Origin: Sphingomonas sp.
Lineage (GTDB): Bacteria; Pseudomonadota; Alphaproteobacteria; Sphingomonadales; Sphingomonadaceae
Assembly: GCF_019746015.1 (NCBI RefSeq)
Contig: NZ_JAIESM010000069.1
Coordinates: 22,208 to 86,207 of the forward strand
DNA: 64,000 bases
Direction: 5' to 3'
Position 1 is the stretch's first letter. Every line of letters begins with the position of its first letter. Shown here one piece after another: positions 41,917-52,131 of this stretch. Under the pieces are notes generated by a model. It was not told where the DNA came from. It ran no database searches and saw nothing but the letters and a program-made list of their open reading frames with translations. Made by a program: the position numbers and the translations under genes.

Positions 41917-42275
41917 AATATGTTCCATTCACACTAATTGCGCTGATGGCCAGCTGTAATTATAATGAAGAATATGATAGCTCATTCAATTACGATCCTG
42001 AAATTAAAATTGTAACTACCATAACAAATTCGGGTGGCGCACTGGGCGAAGAAACTTATAATGTGTATTATATATACAATAATAAGAAAAATAAGTTCTT
42101 TGAAGGTAGCAACCCAAATTATTTCAAGATAGCCAAAATAAAACAAACAATCTATATAAAATTTTGTGATGGATCAGTTAGCTTGATTGAGCCAATTTTC
42201 TTAGAGTATCCAAAAAATAAATTGATTCATGTCGGCCTAGATTTGGATTGCATCCAGCATAAAGATCGACATTAA
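41913..42275 (+). CDS. AT-rich lipoprotein, putative cognate immunity protein
   Basis: GTG overlaps the toxin TGA (alternative ATG at 41904); MKYVPFTLIALMAS-C lipoprotein signal; intact ORF. Confidence 0.65.
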   Translation: MKYVPFTLIALMASCNYNEEYDSSFNYDPEIKIVTTITNSGGALGEETYNVYYIYNNKKNKFFEGSNPNYFKIAKIKQTIYIKFCDGSVSLIEPIFLEYPKNKLIHVGLDLDCIQHKDRH

Positions 42276-42364
42276 AGAAGATAATAGAGGGCCTGTAAGC
42301 TAGGCCTTATATATTCTTATATGCGTTGTAAAACCACGTGGCCGTTTTGTCATGCCCTTTAAAG

Positions 42365-42866
42365 CGCGGCAATGGGACGGTGACGGATTACAGCTATACG
42401 TCGCTATCGCAGTTGCAGGCGCTCTCGCACGATGTGGCGGGCACGGTGCGCGATGTTGGGGTGACGTTCAGTTACACTGCGGGTGGCCAGCTGGCGAGCC
42501 GGGTGATGTCGAACGATGCCTATGCCTGGTCTGGCCTGTACACTGTGGACCGTGCCTATGCGGTGAACGGCCGCAACCAGCTTACCCAATCGGGCAGCGT
42601 GGCGCTGGGCTATGATGCGCGGGGCAATTTGTCGAGCTCGCAGGACAACCAGTATTTCTGCACGGCGGAGAACCGGCTGGCGCTGGGCTATGCGGGTGCA
42701 GGCGCGCATTATCTGGCCTATGATCCGCTGGGCCGGCTGTTGCAGATCTACAGCTATGGCGCGAACGGCGCGGTGCAGGCGATGCGGTTCGACCATATGG
42801 GCGACCGGCTGATCACGGAGGTTGATGCCCATGGCACGCGCGCGGCGCTATGCCTGGGGCCTGAGC
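42365..42866 (+). pseudogene. Rhs YD-repeat core fragment
   Basis: TDYSYTSLSQL, YAVNGRNQ, GYDARGNL, AENRL, AYDPLGRL; RRYAWG continues in a shifted frame and is then truncated. Confidence 0.8.
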
Positions 42867-42880
42867 TTATGCCCCCCCGC

Positions 42881-43732
42881 TCAAATCACCCCGTTCGCCT
42901 TGAAATGCGCGAGCAGCCGTGCCCAGCCGTCGGTGGCGGCTGCCTCGGTGTAGCTGGGGCGGTAATCGGCGTGGAAGCCGTGGGGTGCGTCCGCATAGAG
43001 CTGGATCGACGAGCCGGTCTTGCCCGCGGCTTTCAGCGCGGCCTGCATCGCCTCCACATCGGCCACCGGAATCCCCTGGTCCTTGCCGCCATAGAGCCCC
43101 AGCACCGGCGCCTTCAGCTCGGCGGCGCGCGCGATCAGCGGCTTGAGCTGGCCATACCAGGCAACGCCTGCCCTGATGTCCGGGTCCACCATCGCCGCGC
43201 GCCACACCACCGCGCCGCCCCAGCAGAAGCCGGTAATGCCGATCCGGTCGCCGCGCGCGAATTTCTGCGCCTTCATCCAGGCGGAGGTGGCGCGCACATC
43301 GCCATCGACTTGATCGATGGAGGCCTGGCCGACCACTTTCCTGATCTCGGCAAAATCGGTGAGTGCGGGCAGGTTGACGCCCGAGCGGTAGAAGAATTCG
43401 GGCGCCACCGCGACATAGCCCAGCCTCGCCAGCCGGCGGCACACATCCTTGATATAGTCATGCACGCCGAAAATCTCGTTGACCACGATCACGCATGCGT
43501 GGCGCCCCTTGCCCGCCGGCCGCGCGACATAGGCGGGCAGCGGCGTGGCCGCGCCATTGGGGATGAGCGCCTCCTCGATCACCAGGCCATCGGCGGCGGT
43601 GGTGATGGGTGCGGCCTCTGCCGAGAGCGCGGCAAGCGCATAGCCCGAAAAGAACAGCGAGCCGATCACCCCGCGCCGCGACAGGTGCAGGTCTTCGGCT
43701 TCGGTGCCATCGGGGCGGGTGAGGATGGGCAT
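42881..43732 (-). CDS. Dienelactone hydrolase family protein
   Basis: VNEIFGVHDYIKDVCRRLA, GITGFCWGG, DAPHGFHADYRPSY; SRR twin-arginine-like N-terminus. Confidence 0.9.
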   Translation of the reverse strand: MPILTRPDGTEAEDLHLSRRGVIGSLFFSGYALAALSAEAAPITTAADGLVIEEALIPNGAATPLPAYVARPAGKGRHACVIVVNEIFGVHDYIKDVCRRLARLGYVAVAPEFFYRSGVNLPALTDFAEIRKVVGQASIDQVDGDVRATSAWMKAQKFARGDRIGITGFCWGGAVVWRAAMVDPDIRAGVAWYGQLKPLIARAAELKAPVLGLYGGKDQGIPVADVEAMQAALKAAGKTGSSIQLYADAPHGFHADYRPSYTEAAATDGWARLLAHFKANGVI

Positions 43733-43800
43733 CGGCTGGCTCCGCTTGCTGGGGTGGGCGATGCGGCGCAGCCTAGGCGAGCCCGCCGGTCGCCGCAATT

Positions 43801-43840
43801 GCCGCCAATGCCCGCGCCGCCAATGGTTATGCCGCCAATG
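43801..43840. repeat. Three GCCGCCAATG direct repeats with 15-nt period in the DLH/thrS divergent region
   Basis: Exact copies at 43801, 43816, 43831; degenerate CGCCGCAATT at 43791. Confidence 0.8.
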
Positions 43841-43910
43841 CTTGCCTAGCCACGCCCTCCCGGCGTAAGCGCCGCTTTCAGAGTTTTGTCCGCAGCCAAG
43901 AAAGCCCGCA

Positions 43911-45938
43911 ATGTCCGCCCTTGTCCGCATCACCCTTCCCGATGGCTCGGTTCGAGAAGTGGCGGCGGGCACCACCCCGGCCGAGATCGCCGCCGCGATC
44001 GGCCCGGGCCTGGCCAAGGCGGCGCTTGCTGCCCGCGTCGATGGCGAGCTGCGCGATCTGGGCCGGCCGCTGGAGGGGGATGCCGCGCTCGCGCTGGTCA
44101 CCGCGCGTGACGAGGCCGACGCGCTGGAACTGGTCCGCCACGATTATGCGCATGTGCTGGCGGAAGCCGTGCAGGCGCTGTTCCCGGGCACGCAGATCAC
44201 ATTCGGCCCGTCGACCGACGATGGCTTTTACTATGACTTCGCGCCGAAGGACCGACCCTTCACCGAGGACGACCTGCCCGCGATCGAGGACGCGATGCGC
44301 GCGATCATCCGCGCCGACAAGCCGCTGCGCCGGGAAGTGTGGGACCGCGACACGCTGATCAGCCGCTGGCGCCAGCAGGGCGAAAGCTTCAAGGCCGAAT
44401 GGGCCGCCGAACTGCCCGAGGGCGAGCCGCTGACGGTCTATTGGTCGGGCGAGGACTGGCTGGACATGTGCCGGGGGCCGCATCTGCCCTCCACCGGCAA
44501 GCTCGCGCCCGATGCGTTCAAGCTGACGCGCGTCTCGGGCGCCTATTGGCGCGGTGATCAGAACAACCCGCAATTGAGCCGCATCTATGGCACCGGCTGG
44601 CTGAACAAGAAGCAGCTCGACGCGCATCTGACCCGGCTGGAAGAAGCCGCCAAGCGCGACCACCGCAAGCTGGGGCAGGAAATGGACCTGTTCCACCTGC
44701 AGCAGGAGGCGCACGGGTCGGTATTCTGGCACCCGCACGGCTTCACCATCTGGCGCGCGCTGGAGGCCTATATGCGCCGCGCGATCGACGGCGCGGGTTA
44801 CCGCGAGATCAAGACGCCGCAATTGATGGACGTGGCGCAGTGGGAGCAGTCCGGCCACTGGGGCAAATATGCCGAGAACATGTTCGCGGTGCCCGACATC
44901 GTGCCCGATGGGGAGGGCGGCGCACCCAAGGTTGCCGCCGATGCCGACTGGATGGCGATGAAGCCGATGAACTGCCCGGCGCATGTGCTGGTGTTCCGCC
45001 AGGGCATCAAAAGCTATCGCGACCTGCCGCTGCGTTTCTTCGAGCATGGCTGCTGCCACCGCAACGAAGCGCATGGCGCGCTGCACGGTCTGATGCGGGT
45101 GCGGCAATTCACCCAGGACGACGCGCATATCTTCTGCCGAGAGGACCAGATCGTCGACGAGGCACGCGCCTTTTGCGCGCTGGCCGACCGCATCTACAAG
45201 GATTTCGGCTTCACCTATGCGGTCAAGCTCGCGCTGCGCCCCGAAAAGCGCTTCGGGTCGGAGGCGGACTGGGACAAGGCCGAGCAGGAACTGCGCGAGG
45301 CGGTCGAGCGCGCCGGCATGGCGAACGCCGATTATGGCTGGGAAGAACTGCCGGGCGAGGGCGCCTTCTACGCGCCCAAGCTCGAATGGCATCTGACCGA
45401 CGCCATCGGCCGCACCTGGCAGGTCGGCACGCTGCAATCCGACCGGGTGCTGCCCGAACGGCTCGACGCAAGCTATGTCGGCGAGGATGGCGCGAAGCAC
45501 CGCCCGGTGATGCTCCACCGCGCGATCTTCGGCAGCTATGAACGCTTCATCGGCATATTGATCGAACATTATGCCGGCCGCTTCCCGCTATGGCTGGCGC
45601 CGGTGCAGGCGGTGGTCGCCACCATCGTGTCCGACGCGGATGATTATGCCCGCCACGTCGCCGCGCGGCTCGCCGCCGCCGGCATCCGCGTCGAAACCGA
45701 CACGCGCAACGAGAAGATCAACTACAAGGTGCGCGAGCACAGCCTGGCCAAGGTGCCCAGGCTGATCGTGGTCGGCAAGCGCGAGGCGGAAGAAGGCACC
45801 GTCGCCCTGCGCGAACTGGGCAGCGAGCGGCAGCAGGTGATCGCGCTCGACACGCTGGTCGAGCAGCTGGTGGCGGAAGCACTGGCGCCCGATCTGCGCC
45901 GGAACGAGGCCGCCGCCGCCGCCGCCATGGCTGATTAA
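43911..45938 (+). CDS. thrS: Threonine--tRNA ligase
   Basis: TGS domain [53 protein letters not shown]. Confidence 0.97.
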   Translation: MSALVRITLPDGSVREVAAGTTPAEIAAAIGPGLAKAALAARVDGELRDLGRPLEGDAALALVTARDEADALELVRHDYAHVLAEAVQALFPGTQITFGPSTDDGFYYDFAPKDRPFTEDDLPAIEDAMRAIIRADKPLRREVWDRDTLISRWRQQGESFKAEWAAELPEGEPLTVYWSGEDWLDMCRGPHLPSTGKLAPDAFKLTRVSGAYWRGDQNNPQLSRIYGTGWLNKKQLDAHLTRLEEAAKRDHRKLGQEMDLFHLQQEAHGSVFWHPHGFTIWRALEAYMRRAIDGAGYREIKTPQLMDVAQWEQSGHWGKYAENMFAVPDIVPDGEGGAPKVAADADWMAMKPMNCPAHVLVFRQGIKSYRDLPLRFFEHGCCHRNEAHGALHGLMRVRQFTQDDAHIFCREDQIVDEARAFCALADRIYKDFGFTYAVKLALRPEKRFGSEADWDKAEQELREAVERAGMANADYGWEELPGEGAFYAPKLEWHLTDAIGRTWQVGTLQSDRVLPERLDASYVGEDGAKHRPVMLHRAIFGSYERFIGILIEHYAGRFPLWLAPVQAVVATIVSDADDYARHVAARLAAAGIRVETDTRNEKINYKVREHSLAKVPRLIVVGKREAEEGTVALRELGSERQQVIALDTLVEQLVAEALAPDLRRNEAAAAAAMAD

Positions 45939-45940
45939 CT

Positions 45941-45969
45941 TTGCCAAGCTAGACGCCAACCATTATATT
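45941..45969 (+). promoter_or_regulatory. Sigma70-like promoter for infC
   Basis: TTGCCA-N17-TATATT. Confidence 0.5.
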
Positions 45970-46000
45970 GGCAGATCATGCAATCACAGGAGCTTTCCCT

Positions 46001-46546
46001 ATCCGTCCTCCCCTGACCCGGCGCCCGATGGCCGCACCGCCGATGACCGGCCCGCGCTTTAACGAATGGATCCAGTCGCCCAAGGTGCGGGTGATTGACG
46101 AAAATGGCGAAAATCTGGGCGTGATGTACACGCGCGAGGCGATTGCCCAGGCGGCCGAAGTGGGCCTTGATCTGGTCGAAGTGTCGCCCAATGCGGACCC
46201 GCCGGTCGCCAAATTCCTCGACGTCGGCAAGTACAAGTACGAAGCGCAGAAAAAGGCCAACGCCGCGCGCAAGTCTCAAAAGACGCAGGAAATCAAGGAA
46301 ATCAAGGTCCGTCCCAATATCGACGACCATGATTACGACACCAAGATGAAGAAGATCATCGAATTCATCGGTGAAGGCGACAAGGTGAAGGTGACGTTGC
46401 GCTTTCGTGGCCGCGAAATGTCGCACGGCCAGCTCGGCATGGCGCTGCTCCAGCGCGTGCAGGCCGACACCGCCGAAGTCGCCAAGGTGGAGGCTTACCC
46501 CCGGATGGAGGGCAAGCAGATGCTGATGGTGCTGGCCCCCAAATAA
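46001..46546 (+). CDS. infC: Translation initiation factor IF-3, probable ATC start
   Basis: [46 protein letters not shown]; AGGAG 8 nt before an in-frame ATC. Confidence 0.93.
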   Translation: MRPPLTRRPMAAPPMTGPRFNEWIQSPKVRVIDENGENLGVMYTREAIAQAAEVGLDLVEVSPNADPPVAKFLDVGKYKYEAQKKANAARKSQKTQEIKEIKVRPNIDDHDYDTKMKKIIEFIGEGDKVKVTLRFRGREMSHGQLGMALLQRVQADTAEVAKVEAYPRMEGKQMLMVLAPK

Positions 46547-46558
46547 GGAAAAACCTTT

Positions 46559-46954
46559 ATGCTGCGTTCATCCCTCGCGCTCGCCGCGCTGGCTCTGCTT
46601 GCCGCCTGCAACCAGGGGCCATCCGCCCCGCCCGCGCCCAAGCCGCCGGAAGATCATGCCGCGATGGGGCATGGCGCCCCGGCCAATGGCTCAGCGGCCG
46701 GCCCGGCGGCGGCCGAATTCGACGCGGCGATGGCGGCGATGCACAAGGATATGGGGCAGGCCTCGGCCGATGCCGATGAAAGCTTCATGCGGCTGATGAT
46801 CCCGCACCATCAGGGCGCGGTGGAGATGGCCAAGACCGCGCTCAAATATGGCAAGGACCCGGAGGTGCGCAAACTCGCCACCGACGTGATCGCCGCGCAG
46901 GAACGCGAAATCGCGCAGATGAAAGCCTGGCTGGCACGGCACAAGGCGCCCTGA
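46559..46954 (+). CDS. DUF305 / CopM-like lipoprotein
   Basis: Lipobox LAAC; [31 protein letters not shown]. Confidence 0.85.
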   Translation: MLRSSLALAALALLAACNQGPSAPPAPKPPEDHAAMGHGAPANGSAAGPAAAEFDAAMAAMHKDMGQASADADESFMRLMIPHHQGAVEMAKTALKYGKDPEVRKLATDVIAAQEREIAQMKAWLARHKAP

Positions 46955-47008
46955 ATCGCGCGCCGCCCGCGCGGCGTCAGTTCAGCAGCGCCCCCCGATC
47001 AGGCAGAG

Positions 47009-47033
47009 CATCACCCCGGGCCTGACCGGGGGC
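47009..47033. repeat. Family E REP-like hairpin between convergent genes
   Basis: CATCACCCCGGGCCTGACCGGGGG. Confidence 0.5.
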
Positions 47034-47047
47034 TACCACCCAAGCGC

Positions 47048-47428
47048 TCACACCGGCGGTTCCCACAATTCGATGGCGTTGCCTTCGGGATCATGGATGC
47101 GGGCGAAGCGGCCGGTTTCGGGCGAATCCCATTCGTCGCGGGTTTCGATGGCGATGCCGGCGGCGTTCAGCTGTTCGAGCAGCGAATCGAGGTCGCGCAC
47201 GCGGAAGTTGAGCATGAACGCCTTGTCGGGCGCGAAATAGTCACTGTCGGCCTTGAACGGGGCGAACACCAGCGGTCCCGCTTCGACCTGCCACGACCAG
47301 TCATCGACCGGGCCGGTCGCGTCGGCATTGCAGCCGGCGCCGACGTTCAGATGTTCCCGGTACCAGCTGTTCAGCCCGTCCGGATCGGCGGCCCGAAAGA
47401 AAAAGCCGCCCAAGCCCACCACGCCCAT
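47048..47428 (-). CDS. VOC / glyoxalase-like protein
   Basis: GLGGFFFRAADP, FMLNFRVRDLD, FARIHDPEGNAIELWEP. Confidence 0.88.
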   Translation of the reverse strand: MGVVGLGGFFFRAADPDGLNSWYREHLNVGAGCNADATGPVDDWSWQVEAGPLVFAPFKADSDYFAPDKAFMLNFRVRDLDSLLEQLNAAGIAIETRDEWDSPETGRFARIHDPEGNAIELWEPPV

Positions 47429-47439
47429 GTCCGCCTCCC

Positions 47440-50190
47440 TTAAGCAGCCCGTGCCCAGTCTCCGTCATTCGCTGCCGCGCCCAGCAGCCGGCGCTCCAGC
47501 GCGCGCAGCCGCTGCGTGGCGGTGATCTTCTCGCCCAGCAGATCGGTGATGTAGAAGGTATCGACCGCGCGCTCGCCATAGGTGGCGACATGCGCCGAAT
47601 GGATCGTGACCTTTGACTGGAACAGCGCCTGCGCCAGCCGGTTGAGCAGCGCCGGGCCGTCGCGCGCATTCACCTCCACCACGGTGAAGCGGTTGGAGGC
47701 GTTGTTGTCGATCAGCACATTGGGGGCGATCTCGAACGCCTCCGCCCGGGTGCGGGGCAGGGGGCGCGCGTGCAGCCGCTCGGACAGGCGCACCCGGTTG
47801 GCCAGCGCATCGTCGATCGTCTTTTTCAGCCGCGCCAGCTGTTCGGGCCGGTCGAACGGGCGGCCGAACGGGTCCTGCACCAGGAAATTGTCCAGCGCCA
47901 TGCCGTCGCGCGTGGTGTGGATGCGCGCGTCGATGATGTTGCCGCCGGCCAGATGGATGGCGCCCGCCGCGCGATAGAACAGCCCGGGATGATCGGCCGC
48001 ATAGAGCGTGACGAGCGTCGCGCCGCGCTCGGCATAGACGCGCGCGTCGATCGCCAGCTCGGCATCGCCGGCGTCCGCGATCAGCCGGGCATTGCCGGCC
48101 AGCACATCGTCGGGCTCGGCCACCCAATAGGCATCGGGCAGCCGCGCGACGAGGGCGGCAAAGCGGGGCGCCTCCCACCCCAGCGTCGCGGCGAGCGCGG
48201 CCTGTTTTGCGGCGATCCGCTCGGCCCGCCCTTTCTGCTTGTGGCCCAGCCGCAGCAATTCCTCGGCCAGCTCGAACAGCTCGCCCAGCAGCTGGCGCTT
48301 CCAGCTGTTCCACACCCCCGGTCCCACCGCGCGGATATCGACCACGGTGAGTGCGAGCAGCAGGCGCAGCCGCTCCGGGCTTTGCACTGCAGCGGCAAAG
48401 TCGAGGATGGTCTTGTAGTCGGACAGGTCGCGCTTGAAGGCGGTGGCCGACATCAGCAGATGCCAGCGCACCAGCCAGGCGACGGTTTCGGTTTCGGCCG
48501 CGCTCATCCCCAGCCGGGGGCACAGCTTCATCGCTACTTCCGCGCCCAGCACCGAATGGTCGCCGCCGCGCCCCTTGGCAATGTCGTGCAGCAGCACCGA
48601 GACATAGAGCGCGCGACGCGAGACGATCTGCTTCAGCACCTTGCTGACCACCGGATGATCGGCCTTCAACTCGCCGCGCTCGATGCGGGCGAGCAGGCCG
48701 ATCGCGCGGATCGAATGCTCATCGACCGTATAGTGATGGTACATGTCGAACTGCATCTTGGCGACGACGCGGCCGAAATCGGGAATGAAGCGGCCGAACA
48801 CGCCGGCCTCGTTCATCCAGCGCAGCACCGTCTCCGGGTCGCGCGGCGAGGTGAGTACGTCGAGGAACAGTGCGTTGGCGCGCGGATCGTCGCGCACGTC
48901 ATCGGCAAGCTTGGCGTCTCGCGCGGCGGCGCGCATTGCCTGGGGGTGGATTTCAAGCGCCTGCTTGTCGGCCAGTGCGAAGATCTCGACCAGCCGCACC
49001 GGATCGCGCTGGAAAAAGTCATCTGCCGGCAGCGCCAGCCGCCCGCGATCGAGCACGAAGCCGTTCAGCCGGCGCGGCCGGCGCAGCATCATCGGAAAGC
49101 CGAAGCGCCGCCCGCGCGCGGCAATCGCGTCGTCCAGATGCGCCAGGAACACGCCGGTCAGGTCGCCCACCGTCTTTGCCTGCAGGAAGTAGAAGCGCAT
49201 GAAACGTTCGGTGCGCGAGGCGCCGGCGCGGTCGGCAAAGCGCATCCGCTCGGCGATTTCGCGCTGCACGTCGAAGGTCAGCCGGTCCTCGGCACGGCCG
49301 GTGATGATGTGCAGGTGACATCGCACCGCCCACAGGAAGTTCTCCGCCCGGTGGAACTGGCGATATTCGGCCGGCGTCAGCAGCCCGGCCTCGACCAGCC
49401 CGGCGACGCTCGACACATGGTAGAAATATTTGCCGATCCAGAACAAGGTGTGCAGGTCGCGCAGGCCGCCCTTGCCCTCTTTCACATTGGGTTCAACGAC
49501 ATAGCGGCTGTCGCCCATGCGGTGGTGGCGCTCGTTGCGCTCGGCGAGCTTGTCGGTCAGGAAGGGGCGGGCGGTGCCCTGCTGCACCTCTGCGTTGAAG
49601 CGGCGATGCGCCTCGTCATAGAGCGCCATGTCGCCCCATACATAGCGCCCTTCGAGGAGGGCGGTGCGGATGGTGATGTCGGCGCGCGCCTGGCGCACCA
49701 TCTCGTCCAGTCCGCGCGCGCTGTGGCCCAGTTTCAGCCCCAGATCCCACAGCGCATAGAGCATCGACTCGATCACCTGTTCGGACCAGGCGGTCTGTTT
49801 CCAGGGCGTCAGGAAGGCGATGTCGACGTCCGAATGCGGCGCCATCTCGCCCCGGCCATAGCCGCCGACCGCCATCAGGACGAGCCGCTCGGCCGCGGTC
49901 GGGCTGGCCAGCGGGTGCAGCCGCTGCGTGGTGAAATCATAGAGCAGGCGCAGGATCTGGTCGGTCAGGAAGGCCTGCGCGGCGGCCGCCTCCAGCCCGC
50001 GTGAGGGGTGCTCGGCCAGCCGCCGGGCAATCTCCACCCGGCCCGCCACCAGCGCGCGCTTCAGAATGGCGGTCGCGCCCCGGCGCAGCGCGGTCGTGTC
50101 CGCCCCGTCGAGCGCGGCCAGTTCCTCGGCCAGCGCCCGCCGGTCGATGATCTGGCGGCGCTGGCGGACGGCTTCGAAACGGTTGCTCAT
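47440..50190 (-). CDS. glnD: [Protein-PII] uridylyltransferase
   Basis: [43 protein letters not shown], two C-terminal ACT domains. Confidence 0.97.
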   Translation of the reverse strand: MSNRFEAVRQRRQIIDRRALAEELAALDGADTTALRRGATAILKRALVAGRVEIARRLAEHPSRGLEAAAAQAFLTDQILRLLYDFTTQRLHPLASPTAAERLVLMAVGGYGRGEMAPHSDVDIAFLTPWKQTAWSEQVIESMLYALWDLGLKLGHSARGLDEMVRQARADITIRTALLEGRYVWGDMALYDEAHRRFNAEVQQGTARPFLTDKLAERNERHHRMGDSRYVVEPNVKEGKGGLRDLHTLFWIGKYFYHVSSVAGLVEAGLLTPAEYRQFHRAENFLWAVRCHLHIITGRAEDRLTFDVQREIAERMRFADRAGASRTERFMRFYFLQAKTVGDLTGVFLAHLDDAIAARGRRFGFPMMLRRPRRLNGFVLDRGRLALPADDFFQRDPVRLVEIFALADKQALEIHPQAMRAAARDAKLADDVRDDPRANALFLDVLTSPRDPETVLRWMNEAGVFGRFIPDFGRVVAKMQFDMYHHYTVDEHSIRAIGLLARIERGELKADHPVVSKVLKQIVSRRALYVSVLLHDIAKGRGGDHSVLGAEVAMKLCPRLGMSAAETETVAWLVRWHLLMSATAFKRDLSDYKTILDFAAAVQSPERLRLLLALTVVDIRAVGPGVWNSWKRQLLGELFELAEELLRLGHKQKGRAERIAAKQAALAATLGWEAPRFAALVARLPDAYWVAEPDDVLAGNARLIADAGDAELAIDARVYAERGATLVTLYAADHPGLFYRAAGAIHLAGGNIIDARIHTTRDGMALDNFLVQDPFGRPFDRPEQLARLKKTIDDALANRVRLSERLHARPLPRTRAEAFEIAPNVLIDNNASNRFTVVEVNARDGPALLNRLAQALFQSKVTIHSAHVATYGERAVDTFYITDLLGEKITATQRLRALERRLLGAAANDGDWARAA

Positions 50191-50294
50191 GGCCCGCCGA
50201 GCATAGCCGGGCGCGCCGCCGCCGTCATCCGCGCAATCATGGTTGGGACATTGTTAACCAAAGCCCTGATAGACCGCCAAAAATGCGAGGGGAC

Positions 50295-51878
50295 ATGTTC
50301 GACAAGTGGCAGAAACGGCTGTCTTCCGTCGTTGCGGCGGCGGAGGATCGCGTCGGCATCGACGCCGCCAGCCGCGCCGATCGGGTCGCCGAAACGATGA
50401 ACATCGCCAGCAAGATGGCGTGGCTGAACCTGTGCACCGCGTTTGGGCTGGGCGGCTGCTATGCCTTCAAACTGATGAGCCTGGCGCCATTGCTGGCTGC
50501 GCTGCCGCAGGTTGCGGTGTGCGCGGCGGTGCTGTTCCCCTATTATCGCCGGCACATGACGGCGGATGATCGTGTGGCTGCGCTCTATGGCTATGCCCTG
50601 TTCTCCGGCATTGCCTGGTATCTTCATCTGGATGTTCTCAACCAGAGTGCCGTCATCGAGGATCGCATTGGTATTGCCTGCGTGTCGGTCGCGGCAATCG
50701 CGCTGGGCGGCGCGAATTTCGCGCTGCTTCCGCTGGCCGGGCTGGTGTTCTTGGGCATCGTAGCGGCATGGCTCGGCGGTAGCCTGATCCCCATGCTGAG
50801 TGTGCCCTGGATCTATGAAATGGGTCTGGTGTTGTTCATCGCCGCGCTGACCGTCATCGGGCTCAACAACACCCGCATGTTTGCGGACCGGATGCGTGCC
50901 AGTGCCGAGCTGATCGCATCGGAACGACGCCGCGCCGAAGATGCCGCCCGTGCTGCCACCGAGCAGCAGGCTATGGAGCGCGCCCATCTGGAACGCCAGG
51001 CGCGCGAACAGGCGGCCGCCGCGCAGCAGCATCGCGCGGCGATGGACGCGCATGCCGGCCGCTATGAATCATCGGTCGTCGCGGTGATCGAGGCGCTGGG
51101 CCAGGCGGCCAAGGCGCTCGGCGTGTCGACCAACCGGCTGATCCGGGTGGGCGATGTCAGCAGCGAACATGTCGGCGCGGTGCGCGCGCGGGCCGAAGCC
51201 GCCGGTGCCTCGATGGCAGCGGTCCAGTCGGCGGCGGCGCGGCTGCGCGAGTCGATCGATGCGATTCGCGCCGAGGTGGAAGGCCAGGTCAGCGCAACGG
51301 CCACCGCTGAAAGCACGGCGCATCAGGCGCGGTTGCGCGCCGAGACGCTGGCCGAGAGCAGCCGCACCGTGCGCGGCATCACTGCCGAGATCGAGCGGAT
51401 CGCGGCGCGCACCAACACGCTGGCGCTGAACGCGCTGATCGAGGCGGCGCATTCGGGCGAGGCGGGGCGCGGCTTTGCCGTGGTGGCCGGCGAGGTGAAG
51501 GCCCTCGCCGCGCAGACTCGTGCAGCGGCCGCCGCGATCGGCCGCCATATTGCCGAAATGGACGCCGGCGCCGATGGCGTTTTGCAATCGGTGGAAGCGA
51601 TGACTGGCGATTTCGGCCGCATCGCCGGCAGCGCCAGCGACATTGCCCGCGCCATCGCCGCCCAGGCCGAGGCGACCGACGGCATCTTCGCCAGCGTCGC
51701 CAGCGCCACGGGCGGCGCGCAGACGGTGCAGTCCGATCTGATCGCGCTCACCAAGGAAGCCGGCATCGCGATATCGCTCGCCAAATCGATCGCCGAGGTC
51801 GCGCAAGGCGTGACCAGCCAGTCGCGCGCGCTGGACGCCGCCAGCACTGGCTTTGTGGAACAGTTGCGCCAGGGCTGA
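50295..51878 (+). CDS. Methyl-accepting chemotaxis protein with a multi-TM N-terminus
   Basis: [37 protein letters not shown] signalling hairpin. Confidence 0.9.
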   Translation: MFDKWQKRLSSVVAAAEDRVGIDAASRADRVAETMNIASKMAWLNLCTAFGLGGCYAFKLMSLAPLLAALPQVAVCAAVLFPYYRRHMTADDRVAALYGYALFSGIAWYLHLDVLNQSAVIEDRIGIACVSVAAIALGGANFALLPLAGLVFLGIVAAWLGGSLIPMLSVPWIYEMGLVLFIAALTVIGLNNTRMFADRMRASAELIASERRRAEDAARAATEQQAMERAHLERQAREQAAAAQQHRAAMDAHAGRYESSVVAVIEALGQAAKALGVSTNRLIRVGDVSSEHVGAVRARAEAAGASMAAVQSAAARLRESIDAIRAEVEGQVSATATAESTAHQARLRAETLAESSRTVRGITAEIERIAARTNTLALNALIEAAHSGEAGRGFAVVAGEVKALAAQTRAAAAAIGRHIAEMDAGADGVLQSVEAMTGDFGRIAGSASDIARAIAAQAEATDGIFASVASATGGAQTVQSDLIALTKEAGIAISLAKSIAEVAQGVTSQSRALDAASTGFVEQLRQG

Positions 51879-51901
51879 AGCCCTGATCGACGGCATCCCT
51901 T

Positions 51902-52097
51902 AGCCCCTCCCGCCTGCGGGAGGGGAGATTGGAGCTTGCGGCCGCGCCCCTCGACTTTGCTCGGGGCGAACGGGTTGGGGCACGGTCCCCTCCTCCCCTT
52001 CAGGGGAGGAGGTCGGGAGGAGGGGCGTCTATCATAGAGCGCGGCGCTTCTTTGGAGACGCCCCACCCCAACCCCTCCCCTGAAGGGGAGGGGCTTT
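51902..52097. repeat. Composite repeat cluster: B hairpin + C unit + B inverted doublet
   Basis: CCCCTCCCGCCTGCGGGAGGGG; CCCCTCGACTTTGCTCGGGGCGAACGGG (51947-51974); CTCCCCTTCAGGGGAG...CTCCCCTGAAGGGGAG. Confidence 0.88.
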
Positions 52098-52131
52098 ATC
52101 TCAGGCGCCCCTCAACCGGGTCAGGCGCCTC

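Noticed and set aside
42338-43849. 503-aa ORF as an Rhs-hydrolase fusion
   Set aside because: Rhs similarity ends near 42866; the remainder is the antisense of the dienelactone hydrolase gene.
50251-50270. CtrA box upstream of the MCP gene (and similar TTAA motifs at ~58840)
   Set aside because: Only a TTAACC half-site; no TTAA-N7-TTAA spacing.
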